From positions 1 through 28,944 of IMG/VR virus record IMGVR_UViG_3300045988_129873: a stretch of 28,944 nucleotides of DNA, one strand, 5' to 3'. Source of the DNA: a virus. Lineage: Duplodnaviria > Heunggongvirae > Uroviricota > Caudoviricetes. This document shows positions 7,298 to 16,797 of this stretch, piece after piece. The notes beneath the pieces are model-generated. The model ran no database searches and had not been told where the DNA came from. It saw nothing but the letters and a program-made list of their open reading frames with translations. How positions within the stretch are numbered: position 1 is the first letter of the stretch; each line of letters begins with the position of its first letter. Made by a program: the position numbers and the translations under genes.

Positions 7298-8434
7298 ATG
7301 ACAAGCTATGTTACATGGGCAAATAAAGGTGGAATAGGTAAATCAACATTATCTTTCCAATTGGCGTTAAAATACGCGAGATTAAACACGAATAAAAAAG
7401 TAATCATAATAGATATGAGCCCTCAGTGTGATGTCTCTAGAATGTTATTGGGGGGAGGGCATTTTAACGGTGAGCAAAAGATCTTGGATAGAATGACCTC
7501 TAATCCAAGGTTGACAATTTACCGGTATCTTGAGGCCTGTGTTAATGATGTTCCTTCTGGGAGGGGATGGCCTGATTCATTATCATACTTAATTGAACCT
7601 AATTCTTTTCGAGACGAAAACGCAGAAAAATTGCCTGATAATATTAGTATGGTCTGTGGAGATTTCGACTTAGAGAGGGTTACTCATAGTTTAGATAATT
7701 TGCCACAACCTCAACCAAGAGGCGGGCGTGTTCCGTCGGGTGCTCATTACTCAGCATATTTATTGCCACGCACTTTTCTACGGAAAATGGTGGAGGACTT
7801 TGAGCGCGAATACAGGGATGTGACAATTTTTATTGATACAGATCCATATTATTCGGTAGTAACAACACATCTGGGGCTTCTGGCTGCAGACAGGTTGATT
7901 TCGGCATACTCTCCTTCATCTCAAGCAAGCCAGTATGCAGTATATCGTAGCTTAGAGTTTCTATACGATCCTAATTATGGACTGGTGCAAGAGGTTAATA
8001 CACAGAGAGCAATATATGGTACCCCTTGGTTTGATAGTTTAAATAATATAATTACAACACCGAATATATCTGTTGCAAATCTTTATATGGTAGTAAGTAA
8101 CATGAATACGCCTCAGGCTGGAAGAGGACAACCTCCATACAGCCAACCCCAAAAACTACATAGACAATCGCAACAAGAAGTTATATCTAGAATTAATGAC
8201 ACATTAAGTAGTTTGGGGATCGCGCATGATTATGTTCATGACTATTTATGGGATCTCAAGAGATTAGGTTTGATTTGTGATTATAATGGTTTTGATTTAG
8301 CAACAATTCAATTAGGGGAAAATTATGCGGAACCAAGTGATGATGGTAATTATTATGTAAATACTACAGGTGGAACACCGATCCAATTATCATCCTATAA
8401 TGCTAGGATCGAAACTGTTACATCAAAACTATAA
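7298..8434 (+). CDS. AT-rich cargo gene: ParA/MinD-like P-loop ATPase (deviant Walker A) with uncharacterised C-terminal half, 378 aa
   Basis: Deviant Walker A KGGIGKST at residues 10-17 (7325..7348), an IIIDMSPQ motif like ParA DxDPQ, and a Walker-B-like TIFIDTDP near residue 175. AGGAA SD 7 nt upstream. Much lower GC than the backbone. Hairpin terminator directly after the stop. No ParB or parS partner seen. Confidence 0.8.
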   Translation: MTSYVTWANKGGIGKSTLSFQLALKYARLNTNKKVIIIDMSPQCDVSRMLLGGGHFNGEQKILDRMTSNPRLTIYRYLEACVNDVPSGRGWPDSLSYLIEPNSFRDENAEKLPDNISMVCGDFDLERVTHSLDNLPQPQPRGGRVPSGAHYSAYLLPRTFLRKMVEDFEREYRDVTIFIDTDPYYSVVTTHLGLLAADRLISAYSPSSQASQYAVYRSLEFLYDPNYGLVQEVNTQRAIYGTPWFDSLNNIITTPNISVANLYMVVSNMNTPQAGRGQPPYSQPQKLHRQSQQEVISRINDTLSSLGIAHDYVHDYLWDLKRLGLICDYNGFDLATIQLGENYAEPSDDGNYYVNTTGGTPIQLSSYNARIETVTSKL

Positions 8435-8440
8435 GAACTA

Positions 8441-8460
8441 GGGGAGCAAATGCTCCCTTT
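8441..8460. terminator. Hairpin gggagc-aaat-gctccc followed by a T-rich run; convergent terminator between the cargo ATPase and Q
   Basis: Read directly from the sequence; 6-bp GC-rich stem, 4-nt loop, TTT after. Confidence 0.55.
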
Positions 8461-8506
8461 CTATATATGGGTTATTAATTACCCGCTTATATAAATATTG
8501 AAGAAA

Positions 8507-9526
8507 CTATAGGGTGTATTGTCTGAATTTTATTACATTCTGACCGAGCCAGCCGTTTATTTCCCGAATCCTGTCCTGTAACGGGATAAGCTCATTGCGG
8601 ACAAAGACCTTTGCCACTTTCTCAATATCACCCAGCGACCCGACGTTCTCCGGCTTGCCACCCATCAACTGAAAGGGGATGCGGTGTGCGTCCAGCAGGT
8701 CAGCGGCGCTGGCTTTTTTGATATTAAAAAAATCATCCTTCGTTGCCACTTCACTGAGCGGGATAATTTTAATGCCGTCGGCTTTCCCTTGTGGGGCATA
8801 GAGGAACAGGTTTTTAAAGTTGTTGCGGCCTTTCGACTTCACCATGTTTTCGCGGAGCATTTCGATATCGTTGCGATCCTGCACGGCATCGGTGACGTAC
8901 ATGATGTATCCGGCATGTGCGCCGTTTTCGTAATACTTGCGGCGGAACAGCGTGGCCGACTCATTCAGCCAGGCAGAATTAAGGGCGCTCAGATATTCCG
9001 GCAGGCCGTACAGCTCCTGATTGATATCCGGCTCCAGCAGGTGAAACACGGAGCCGGGCGTGAAGGCTGTCGGCTCGTTGAAGGACGGCACCCACCAGTA
9101 AACATCCTCCTCCACGCCACGGCGGGTATATTTTGCCGGTGAGGTTTCCAGTCTGATGACCTTACCGGTGGTGCTGTAACGCTTTTCCAGAAACGCATTA
9201 CCGAACACCAGAAAATCCAGCACAAAGCGGCTGAAATCCTGCTGGGAAAGCCACGGATGCGGGATAAATGTCGAGGCCAGAATATTGCGTTTGACGTAAA
9301 TCGGTGAGCTGTGATGCACGGCAGCACGCAGGCTTTTTGCCAGACCGGTAAAGCTGACCGGTGGCTCATACCATCTGCCGTTACTGATGCACTCGACGTA
9401 ATCCAGAATGTCACGGCGGTCGAGTACCGGCACCGGCTCACCAAAGGTGAATGCCTCCATTTTCGGGGCGCTGGCGGTCATTTTTTTTGCCGCAGGTTGC
9501 GGTGTTTTCCCTTTTTTCTTGCTCAT
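8507..9526 (-). CDS. Q: Portal protein Q (P2 gpQ-like)
   Basis: 339 aa. Start ATG overlaps the P stop (ATGA). Order Q-P divergent from O-N-M-L as in P2. Confidence 0.92.
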   Translation of the reverse strand: MSKKKGKTPQPAAKKMTASAPKMEAFTFGEPVPVLDRRDILDYVECISNGRWYEPPVSFTGLAKSLRAAVHHSSPIYVKRNILASTFIPHPWLSQQDFSRFVLDFLVFGNAFLEKRYSTTGKVIRLETSPAKYTRRGVEEDVYWWVPSFNEPTAFTPGSVFHLLEPDINQELYGLPEYLSALNSAWLNESATLFRRKYYENGAHAGYIMYVTDAVQDRNDIEMLRENMVKSKGRNNFKNLFLYAPQGKADGIKIIPLSEVATKDDFFNIKKASAADLLDAHRIPFQLMGGKPENVGSLGDIEKVAKVFVRNELIPLQDRIREINGWLGQNVIKFRQYTL

Positions 9527-11298
9527 CAGTAAAACTCCAGAATGGTGGATGTCAGCGGGGTGCTTATACCGGCGGTGAGTGGCTCATTTAACAGGGCGTG
9601 CATGGTCGCCCAGGCGAGGTCGGCGTGGCTGGCTTCCTCGCTGCGGCTGGCCTCATAGGTGGCACTGCGTCCGCTGCTGGTCATGGTCTTGCGGATAGCC
9701 ATAAACGAGCTGGTGATGTCGGTGGCGCTGACGTCATATTCCAGACAGCCACGGCGGATAACGTCTTTTGCCTTGAGCACCATTGCGGTTTTCATTTCCG
9801 GCGTGTAGCGGATATCGCGCGCGGCGGGATAGAACGAGCGCACGAGCTGGAACACGCCGACACCGAGGCCGGTGGCATCAATACCGATGTATTCGACGTT
9901 ATATTTTTCGGTGAGTTTGCGGATGGATTCAGCCTGAGTGGCAAAGTCCATGCCTTTCCACTGGTGACGCTCAAGTATTCTGAATTTGCCACCGGCCACC
10001 ACCGGCGGTGCCAGCACCACGCATCCGGCGCTGTCGCCACGGTGTGACGGGTCGTAACCAATCCATACCGGGCGGGAACCGAACGGATTGGCGGCAAAGG
10101 GTGCATAGTCTTCCCATTCTTCCAGCGTGTCGACCATGCAGCGTTGCAGCTCCTCGAACGGGAACACCGACGCCTTGTCGTCAACAAATTCACACATGAA
10201 CAGGTTTTTAAAATCGTCGGCGCTGTTTTCGCGTTTGAGCTGTTCAATGTCGAACAGCGTGCAGCCACCTTTCAGGGCGTCCTCAATGGTGACAATCTGC
10301 CGCCACTGGCCGTCTGCACAGAGAAGCCCACCGGCAAGGGCGTTATGACTGACGTCGATTTCCACGCGTTCGGCGGCGCTGGCGCGTCCCCGGTTGAACA
10401 GTTCACCCGACCAGAACGGGTAGGCGTCGTGCGCCAGCGTGGACGGGGTGGAGAAATAGGTCGAGCGCAGGTGACTCTGTGAGGCCATACCTGATGCCAC
10501 CTTACGCAGTACCTGAAAATTCGGGATCCAGAAAATCTCATCGACGTACAGGTCGCCGTTATGGCTCTGCGCGGTGTTGGAGTTGGTGCCGAGAAAAATC
10601 AGTTTTGCGCCGTTATTGCCCAGGACAATCGGGTCACCGGTCAGGTCAACGTCAACCAGCCGGGCAAAGGCGATGATGTATTCGCGGAACACATACGCCT
10701 GCGTTTTACTGGCCGACAGAAAAATCTGGTTATGACCGGTTTTCAGGGCGCGCAGCAGCGCCTCGCGGGAAAAATAAAACGTCGCGCCAATCTGGCGGGA
10801 TTTCAGGATATCGCGGATGCGGTGCTCAAGCCCGGCGCGATACCAGTGCAACTGATACTCGAAAGACTGCTCAAAGAAAATCTGCTCCAGCTTTTCGATG
10901 GCCTCGTCACTGAAAAAATTCTTTTTCGGTTTGCGACGCCCGCCTTTGTTGCGGTTAGCGACGTTCGGATTAAGGTCTGCCTCGTTGCCGGTCTGACTGT
11001 AACGGTTGACCCGTGCCAGTCGTTCAATCTGGCGTCCGAGCAGGTCAATTTCCTTGAAGTCACCGCCGGTTTTCTGCGGTTTGATGATGAGCTGGGTCAG
11101 CCGCGCTTCCAGACTCATTTCGACACGGCTGATGGGGGCAACGCTGTCCCAGCCGTCGCGCTGTTTCCAGCTCTGCACCGTCGGGCGTTTCATCTGCAAC
11201 ATGGCGGCAATCTGCGGCACGGAAAACCCCTGCCAGTACAGCAGCGCCGCCTGACGACGCGGGTCGTGTAAAAGAGTGGTGTCTGTGGTGATGGTCAT
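9526..11298 (-). CDS. P: Terminase large subunit / ATPase P (P2 gpP-like, 590 aa)
   Basis: Trimmed to the ATG at 11298 (MTITTDTTLLHD...), giving 590 aa, the P2 P length. Confidence 0.92.
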   Translation of the reverse strand: MTITTDTTLLHDPRRQAALLYWQGFSVPQIAAMLQMKRPTVQSWKQRDGWDSVAPISRVEMSLEARLTQLIIKPQKTGGDFKEIDLLGRQIERLARVNRYSQTGNEADLNPNVANRNKGGRRKPKKNFFSDEAIEKLEQIFFEQSFEYQLHWYRAGLEHRIRDILKSRQIGATFYFSREALLRALKTGHNQIFLSASKTQAYVFREYIIAFARLVDVDLTGDPIVLGNNGAKLIFLGTNSNTAQSHNGDLYVDEIFWIPNFQVLRKVASGMASQSHLRSTYFSTPSTLAHDAYPFWSGELFNRGRASAAERVEIDVSHNALAGGLLCADGQWRQIVTIEDALKGGCTLFDIEQLKRENSADDFKNLFMCEFVDDKASVFPFEELQRCMVDTLEEWEDYAPFAANPFGSRPVWIGYDPSHRGDSAGCVVLAPPVVAGGKFRILERHQWKGMDFATQAESIRKLTEKYNVEYIGIDATGLGVGVFQLVRSFYPAARDIRYTPEMKTAMVLKAKDVIRRGCLEYDVSATDITSSFMAIRKTMTSSGRSATYEASRSEEASHADLAWATMHALLNEPLTAGISTPLTSTILEFY

Positions 11299-11471
11299 GA
11301 ATACCTCGCCGTGATGAATACACGGCAAGGCTACTGAGTCGCGCCCCGCGATTCGCTAAGGTGCTGTTGTGTCAGTGATAAGCCATCCGGGACTGATGGC
11401 GGAGGATGCGCATCGTCGGGAAACTGATGCCGACATGTGACTCCTCTAATCACTATTCAGGACTCCTGACA

Positions 11472-12326
11472 ATGGCAAAAAAAGTCTCAAAATTCTTTCG
11501 TATCGGCGTTGAGGGTGACACCTGTGACGGGCGTGTCATCAGTGCGCAGGATATTCAGGAAATGGCCGAAACCTTTGACCCGCGTGTCTATGGTTGCCGC
11601 ATTAACCTGGAACATCTGCGCGGCATCCTGCCTGACGGTATTTTTAAGCGTTATGGCGATGTGGCCGAACTGAAGGCCGAAAAGATTGACGATGATTCGG
11701 CGCTGAAAGGCAAATGGGCGCTGTTTGCGAAAATCACCCCGACCGATGACCTTATCGCGATGAACAAGGCCGCGCAGAAGGTCTACACCTCAATGGAAAT
11801 TCAGCCGAACTTTGCCAACACCGGCAAATGTTATCTGGTGGGTCTGGCCGTCACCGATGACCCGGCAAGCCTCGGCACGGAATACCTGGAATTCTGCCGC
11901 ACGGCAAAACACAACCCCCTGAACCGCTTCAAATTAAGCCCTGAAAACCTGATTTCAGTGGCAACGCCTGTTGAGCTGGAATTTGAAGACCTACCTGAAA
12001 CCGTGTTCACCGCCCTGACCGAAAAGGTGAAATCCATTTTTGGCCGCAAACAGGCCAGCGATGACGCCCGTCTGAATGACGTGCATGAAGCGGTGACCGC
12101 TGTTGCTGAACATGTGCAGGAAAAACTGAGCGCCACTGAGCAGCGACTCGCTGAGATGGAAACCGCCTTTTCCGCACTTAAGCAGGAGGTGACTGACAGG
12201 GCGGATGAAACCAGTCAGGCATTCACCCGCCTGAAAAACAGTCTCGACAGCGCCGAAAGTCTGACCCAGCAGCGCCGCAGCAAGGCCACCGGCGGTGGCG
12301 GTGACGCCCTGATGACGAACTGCTGA
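11472..12326 (+). CDS. O: Capsid scaffolding protein O (P2 gpO-like, 284 aa)
   Basis: Trimmed to the ATG at 11472 (MAKKVSKFFRIGVEGDTCDG...). Coiled-coil C-terminus. Divergent from P. Confidence 0.9.
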   Translation: MAKKVSKFFRIGVEGDTCDGRVISAQDIQEMAETFDPRVYGCRINLEHLRGILPDGIFKRYGDVAELKAEKIDDDSALKGKWALFAKITPTDDLIAMNKAAQKVYTSMEIQPNFANTGKCYLVGLAVTDDPASLGTEYLEFCRTAKHNPLNRFKLSPENLISVATPVELEFEDLPETVFTALTEKVKSIFGRKQASDDARLNDVHEAVTAVAEHVQEKLSATEQRLAEMETAFSALKQEVTDRADETSQAFTRLKNSLDSAESLTQQRRSKATGGGGDALMTNC

Positions 12327-12384
12327 CCGGCGTCAGTCAGTCCGGGAAAACCTTCACGATTAACCCTTAATTTCAGGAAAAACT

Positions 12385-13458
12385 ATGCGCCAGGAAACCC
12401 GCTTTAAATTTAATGCCTACCTGTCCCGTGTTGCCGAACTGAACGGCATCGACGCCGGTGATGTGTCGAAAAAATTCACCGTTGAACCGTCGGTCACCCA
12501 GACCCTGATGAACACCATGCAGGAGTCCTCTGACTTTCTGACCCGCATCAACATTGTGCCGGTCAGCGAAATGAAAGGGGAAAAAATTGGTATTGGTGTC
12601 ACCGGCTCCATCGCCAGCACCACAGACACCGCCGGTGGCACCGAGCGTCAGCCGAAGGACTTCTCGAAGCTGGCGTCAAACAAGTACGAATGCGACCAGA
12701 TTAACTTCGATTTTTATATCCGCTACAAAACGCTTGACCTGTGGGCGCGTTATCAGGATTTCCAGCTCCGTGTCCGTAACGCCATTATCAAACGCCAGTC
12801 CCTTGATTTAATCATGGCCGGTTTTAACGGCGTAAGGCGTGCCGAAACCTCTGACCGCAGCAGTAACCAGATGCTGCAGGATGTGGCGGTCGGCTGGCTG
12901 CAGAAATACCGCAATGAAGCCCCGGCGCGCGTGATGGGCAAGGTTACTGACGAGGAAGGTCACACCACCTCTGAGGTTATCCGCGTGGGTAAGGGCGGTG
13001 ATTATGCCAGCCTTGATGCACTGGTGATGGATGCGACCAACAACCTGATTGAGCCGTGGTATCAGGAAGACCCTGACCTTGTGGTGATTGTGGGGCGTCA
13101 GTTACTGGCGGACAAGTATTTCCCCATCGTTAACAAGGAGCAGGACAACAGCGAAATGCTGGCCGCTGACGTCATCATCAGCCAGAAACGCATCGGTAAC
13201 CTGCCAGCGGTACGCGTCCCGTACTTCCCGGCGGATGCGATGCTCATCACGAAGCTGGAAAACCTGTCCATCTACTACATGGATGACAGCCATCGCCGCG
13301 TGATTGAGGAAAACCCGAAACTCGACCGCGTGGAGAACTACGAGTCAATGAACATTGATTACGTGGTGGAAGACTACGCCGCCGGTTGTCTGGTGGAAAA
13401 AATTAAGGTCGGTGATTTCTCCACACTGGCTAAAGCGACCGCAGAGCCGGGAGCGTAA
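12385..13458 (+). CDS. N: Major capsid protein N (P2 gpN-like, 357 aa)
   Basis: 357 aa, same as P2 N. Follows O. Confidence 0.92.
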   Translation: MRQETRFKFNAYLSRVAELNGIDAGDVSKKFTVEPSVTQTLMNTMQESSDFLTRINIVPVSEMKGEKIGIGVTGSIASTTDTAGGTERQPKDFSKLASNKYECDQINFDFYIRYKTLDLWARYQDFQLRVRNAIIKRQSLDLIMAGFNGVRRAETSDRSSNQMLQDVAVGWLQKYRNEAPARVMGKVTDEEGHTTSEVIRVGKGGDYASLDALVMDATNNLIEPWYQEDPDLVVIVGRQLLADKYFPIVNKEQDNSEMLAADVIISQKRIGNLPAVRVPYFPADAMLITKLENLSIYYMDDSHRRVIEENPKLDRVENYESMNIDYVVEDYAAGCLVEKIKVGDFSTLAKATAEPGA

Positions 13459-13461
13459 CCG

Positions 13462-14205
13462 ATGACGAGTCCCGCACAGCGCCACATGATGCGGGTCTCG
13501 GCAGCGATGACCGCGCAGCGGGAAGCCGCCCCGCTGCGACATGCAACTGTCTATGAGCAGATGCTGGTTAAGCTCGCCGCAGACCAGCGCACACTGAAAG
13601 CGATTTATTCAAAAGAGCTGAAGGCCGCGAAAAAACGCGAACTGCTGCCGTTCTGGTTGCCGTGGGTGAACGGCGTGCTGGAGCAGGGCAAAGGTGCACA
13701 GGATGACATTCTGATGACGGTCATGCTGTGGCGTCTGGATACCGGCGATATTGCCGGTGCGCTGGAGATTGCCCGTTATGCCTTGAAGTACGGTCTGACC
13801 ATGCCGGGTAAACACCGCCGTACCCCGCCGTACATGTTCACCGAGGAGGTAGCGCTTGCGGCCATGCGCGCTCACGCTGCCGGTGAGTCTGTGGATACCC
13901 GCCTGCTGATGGAGACCCTTGAACTGACCGCCACGGCTGACATGCCTGATGAAGTGCGCGCAAAGCTGCACAAAATTACCGGTCTGTTTCTGCGTGACGG
14001 TGGTGATGCCGCCGGTGCGCTGGCGCACCTGCAACGTGCGACACAGCTCGACTGTCAGGCAGGCGTCAAAAAAGAGATTGAACGACTGGAGCGGGAACTG
14101 AAACCGAAGCCGGAGCCGCAGCCAAAAGCGGCCACGCGCGCCCCGCGTAAGACCCGGAGCGTGGCACCGGCAAAACGTGGACGCCCGAAAAAGAAAGCCA
14201 GTTAA
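13462..14205 (+). CDS. M: Terminase small (endonuclease) subunit M (P2 gpM-like, 247 aa)
   Basis: 247 aa. Basic, lysine-rich C-terminus. Follows N. Confidence 0.9.
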   Translation: MTSPAQRHMMRVSAAMTAQREAAPLRHATVYEQMLVKLAADQRTLKAIYSKELKAAKKRELLPFWLPWVNGVLEQGKGAQDDILMTVMLWRLDTGDIAGALEIARYALKYGLTMPGKHRRTPPYMFTEEVALAAMRAHAAGESVDTRLLMETLELTATADMPDEVRAKLHKITGLFLRDGGDAAGALAHLQRATQLDCQAGVKKEIERLERELKPKPEPQPKAATRAPRKTRSVAPAKRGRPKKKAS

Positions 14206-14304
14206 CAACCGAATGCGCCCCGCGCCAGGGCGGCACGCCGGTCAGTGAGGGTGAATCACCTGACACTGCACCAGCGTCCACCGCCCGACTTTTCAGAGGT
14301 AGTC

Positions 14305-14814
14305 ATGATGACGCTGATTATTCCGCGAAAGGAGGCTCCCGTGTCCGGTGAGGGTACGGTGGTCATCCCGCAACCGGCAGGCGACGAGCCGGTGATTAAA
14401 AACACGTTCTTTTTCCCCGATATCGACCCGAAGCGCGTCCGGGAACGTATGCGCCTTGAGCAGACCGTCGCCCCCGCTCGTCTGCGTGAGGCCATCAAGT
14501 CAGGCATGGCGGAGACGAATGCGGAGCTGTACGAGTACCGCGAACAGAAAATTGCCGCCGGTTTTACGCGTCTGGCGGACGTCCCGGCGGACGATATCGA
14601 CGGTGAAAGCATCAAAGTTTTTTACTACGAGCGCGCCGTGTGTGCGATGGCGACCGCGTCGCTTTATGAGCGTTATCGCGGCGTGGATGCCAGTGCGAAA
14701 GGCGACAAGAAGGCTGACAGCATTGACAGCACCATTGATGAACTGTGGCGGGATATGCGCTGGGCGGTGGCGCGTATCCAGGACAAGCCGCGCTGCATCG
14801 TGAGTCAAATCTGA
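14305..14814 (+). CDS. L: Head completion protein L (P2 gpL-like, 169 aa)
   Basis: Trimmed to the ATG at 14305 (MMTLIIPRKEAPVSG...) with a GAGG SD. Confidence 0.88.
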   Translation: MMTLIIPRKEAPVSGEGTVVIPQPAGDEPVIKNTFFFPDIDPKRVRERMRLEQTVAPARLREAIKSGMAETNAELYEYREQKIAAGFTRLADVPADDIDGESIKVFYYERAVCAMATASLYERYRGVDASAKGDKKADSIDSTIDELWRDMRWAVARIQDKPRCIVSQI

Positions 14815-15017
14815 TGAAGACCTTTGCGCTACAGGGCGACACGCTCGACGCCATCTGTGTCCGGTATTACGGGCGCACTGAGGGCGTGGTTGAGACCGTG
14901 CTCGCCGCAAATCCGGGACTGGCTGAACAGAGTGCGGTGCTGCCACACGGCACCGCCGTCGAACTGCCCGACGTTCAGACCGCGCCCGTGGCTGAAACTG
15001 TCAATCTGTGGGAGTAA
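14814..15017 (+). CDS. X: Tail protein X (P2 gpX-like, 67 aa)
   Basis: ATG overlaps the L stop (TGATG). MKTFALQGDTLDAICVRYYG... 67 aa. Confidence 0.85.
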   Translation: MKTFALQGDTLDAICVRYYGRTEGVVETVLAANPGLAEQSAVLPHGTAVELPDVQTAPVAETVNLWE

Positions 15018-15020
15018 CGC

Positions 15021-15302
15021 ATGACAGCAGAAGAAAAAAGCGTCCTGTCGCTTTTCATGATTGGGGTGCTGATTGTTGTCGGCAAGGTGCTTGCCGGTGG
15101 TGAACCCATCACCCCGCGTCTGTTTATCGGGCGCATGTTGCTCGGTGGTTTTGTCTCGATGGTTGCCGGTGTTGTTCTGGTGCAGTTTCCTGACCTGTCA
15201 CTGCCTGCGGTGTGCGGTATCGGCTCCATGCTGGGTATCGCCGGTTATCAGGTGATTGAGATTGCCATTCAGCGCCGCTTTAAGGGCAGGGGGAAACCGT
15301 AA
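15021..15302 (+). CDS. Y: Holin Y (93 aa)
   Basis: 93 aa with multiple transmembrane segments, immediately upstream of the endolysin. Confidence 0.88.
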   Translation: MTAEEKSVLSLFMIGVLIVVGKVLAGGEPITPRLFIGRMLLGGFVSMVAGVVLVQFPDLSLPAVCGIGSMLGIAGYQVIEIAIQRRFKGRGKP

Positions 15303-15799
15303 TGCCGGTAATTAACACGCATCAGAATATCGCCGCCTTTCTCGACATGCTGGCCGTGTCCGAAGGGACGGCGAATCATCCGCTGACGAAAAACCGGGGC
15401 TATGACGTGATAGTCACCGGACTGGACGGGAAGCCGGAAATTTTCACTGACTACAGTGACCACCCGTTCGCGCATGGCCGACCGGCGAAGGTGTTTAACC
15501 GTCGCGGTGAAAAATCCACGGCCTCCGGTCGCTATCAGCAGCTTTACCTGTTCTGGCCGCACTACCGCAAACAGCTTGCCCTGCCGGATTTCAGTCCGTT
15601 GTCACAGGACAGGCTCGCCATTCAGTTGATCCGCGAACGCGGTGCACTGGATGACATCCGGGCGGGACGCATTGAGCGCGCCATTTCACGCTGTCGCAAT
15701 ATCTGGGCGTCCCTGCCGGGTGCCGGTTACGGTCAGCGTGAGCATTCACTGGAAAAACTGGTCACCGTCTGGCGTACCGCCGGCGGTGTACCTGCTTAA
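15302..15799 (+). CDS. K: Endolysin K (165 aa)
   Basis: 165 aa, same length and position as the P2 endolysin K, directly after the holin. Confidence 0.9.
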   Translation: MPVINTHQNIAAFLDMLAVSEGTANHPLTKNRGYDVIVTGLDGKPEIFTDYSDHPFAHGRPAKVFNRRGEKSTASGRYQQLYLFWPHYRKQLALPDFSPLSQDRLAIQLIRERGALDDIRAGRIERAISRCRNIWASLPGAGYGQREHSLEKLVTVWRTAGGVPA

Positions 15800-15813
15800 A
15801 CGGAGTAAACACC

Positions 15814-16239
15814 ATGAAGAAATTATCCCTTTCACTGATGCTGAATGTGTCGCTGGCGCTGATGCTGGCACTGTCCCTGATTTACCCGCAGAGCGTGGCC
15901 GTCAATTTTGTCGCCGCCTGGGCGATTCTGGCGACGGTTATCTGTGTGGTTGCCGGTGGTGTCGGCGTGTATGCCACTGAGTATGTGCTGGAACGCTACG
16001 GGCGGGAGCTGCCACCGGAATCGCTGGCCGTGAAGATTGTCACGTCACTGTTTTTGCAGCCGGTGCCGTGGTGCAGACGGGCAGTGGCTCTGGTGGCGAT
16101 GGTGGCGACATTTATCTCGCTGGTCGCCGCCGGATGGATTTTTACCGCGCTGATTTATCTTGTGGCGTCGCTGTTTTTCCGGCTGATACGTAAAGCCTGT
16201 CGTCAGCGTCTTGAGGGGCGGGAATTATGTCAAAGCTGA
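15814..16239 (+). CDS. lysA: Lysis accessory membrane protein LysA (141 aa)
   Basis: 141 aa, hydrophobic, multiple TM segments. P2 position. Confidence 0.85.
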   Translation: MKKLSLSLMLNVSLALMLALSLIYPQSVAVNFVAAWAILATVICVVAGGVGVYATEYVLERYGRELPPESLAVKIVTSLFLQPVPWCRRAVALVAMVATFISLVAAGWIFTALIYLVASLFFRLIRKACRQRLEGRELCQS

Positions 16240-16652
16240 TGATTGTGCTGGTCGTGTTGTTATCGCTGGCGGTGGCCGGTCTGTTTCTGGTGAAACACAA
16301 AAATGCCAGCCTGCGCGCCTCGCTGGACAGGGCGAATAACGTCGCCAGTGAACAGCAGACGACCATCACCATGCTGAAAAATCAGCTTCATGTTGCCATC
16401 ACCAGGGCAGACAAAAACGAGCTGGCGCAGGTGGCACTGCGTCAGGAACTGGAGAACGCCGCGAAGCGTGAAGCACAGCGCGAGAAAACCATCACGAGGT
16501 TACTCAATGAAAACGAAGATTTTCGCCGCTGGTACGGCGATGATCTGCCTGATGCTGTGCGCCGGTTGCACCAGCGCCCCGCCTGCACCGACGCCAGTGA
16601 TTGTCCACAACGCCTGCCCGAAAGTGAGCCTTTGCCCGATGCCGGGCAGTGA
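16227..16652 (+). CDS. lysB: LysB, Rz-like i-spanin (141 aa)
   Basis: N-terminal TM anchor plus a periplasmic coiled-coil. Contains lysC in another frame. Confidence 0.85.
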   Translation: MSKLMIVLVVLLSLAVAGLFLVKHKNASLRASLDRANNVASEQQTTITMLKNQLHVAITRADKNELAQVALRQELENAAKREAQREKTITRLLNENEDFRRWYGDDLPDAVRRLHQRPACTDASDCPQRLPESEPLPDAGQ

Positions 16653-16797
16653 CCCGCAGACGAACGGCGATTTAAGTGCCGATATCCGGCAGCTTGAGAA
16701 CGCGCTGGCGCGCTGTGCCAGCCAGGTAAAAATGATTAAACACTGTCAGGACGAAAACGATGCTCAAACCCGACAGCCTGCGCAGGGCGCTGACTGA
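16507..16797 (+). CDS. lysC: LysC, Rz1-like o-spanin lipoprotein (96 aa), embedded out of frame in lysB
   Basis: ATG at 16507. Signal peptide with lipobox (MKTKIFAAGTAMICLMLCAGC). Pro-rich mature part. Confidence 0.8.
   Translation: MKTKIFAAGTAMICLMLCAGCTSAPPAPTPVIVHNACPKVSLCPMPGSDPQTNGDLSADIRQLENALARCASQVKMIKHCQDENDAQTRQPAQGAD

Noticed and set aside
7298-8434. ParA-like gene as a plasmid-type partition system
   Set aside because: There is no adjacent ParB, no iteron or parS array, and the element is an integrating P2-type phage. The Walker A sits at the extreme N-terminus, with a long non-ParA C-terminal extension.
9598-11271. Many 60-240 aa ORFs on both strands inside the terminase P gene (for example 9792..10268 minus, 10561..11271 plus)
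   Set aside because: They are fully embedded in a confidently assigned, conserved gene and have Arg/Ala/Gly-rich low-complexity translations typical of off-frame readings of GC-rich coding DNA. No SD or operon logic supports them.
11299-11471. Ogr-type late promoter motif (TGT-N12-ACA) in the P/O divergent region and upstream of FI (25900..25998)
   Set aside because: By eye I could not find an exact TGT-N12-ACA. Late promoters are expected at both places, but I will not place them without an alignment to P2 PP/PO/PF.
386-14814. N-terminal extensions of int, C, orf78, orf80, orf81, A, P, O, L and X as given in the ORF track
   Set aside because: The track starts at the first in-frame ATG/GTG/TTG. 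I trimmed to internal ATGs that have an SD and give the P2 protein lengths.
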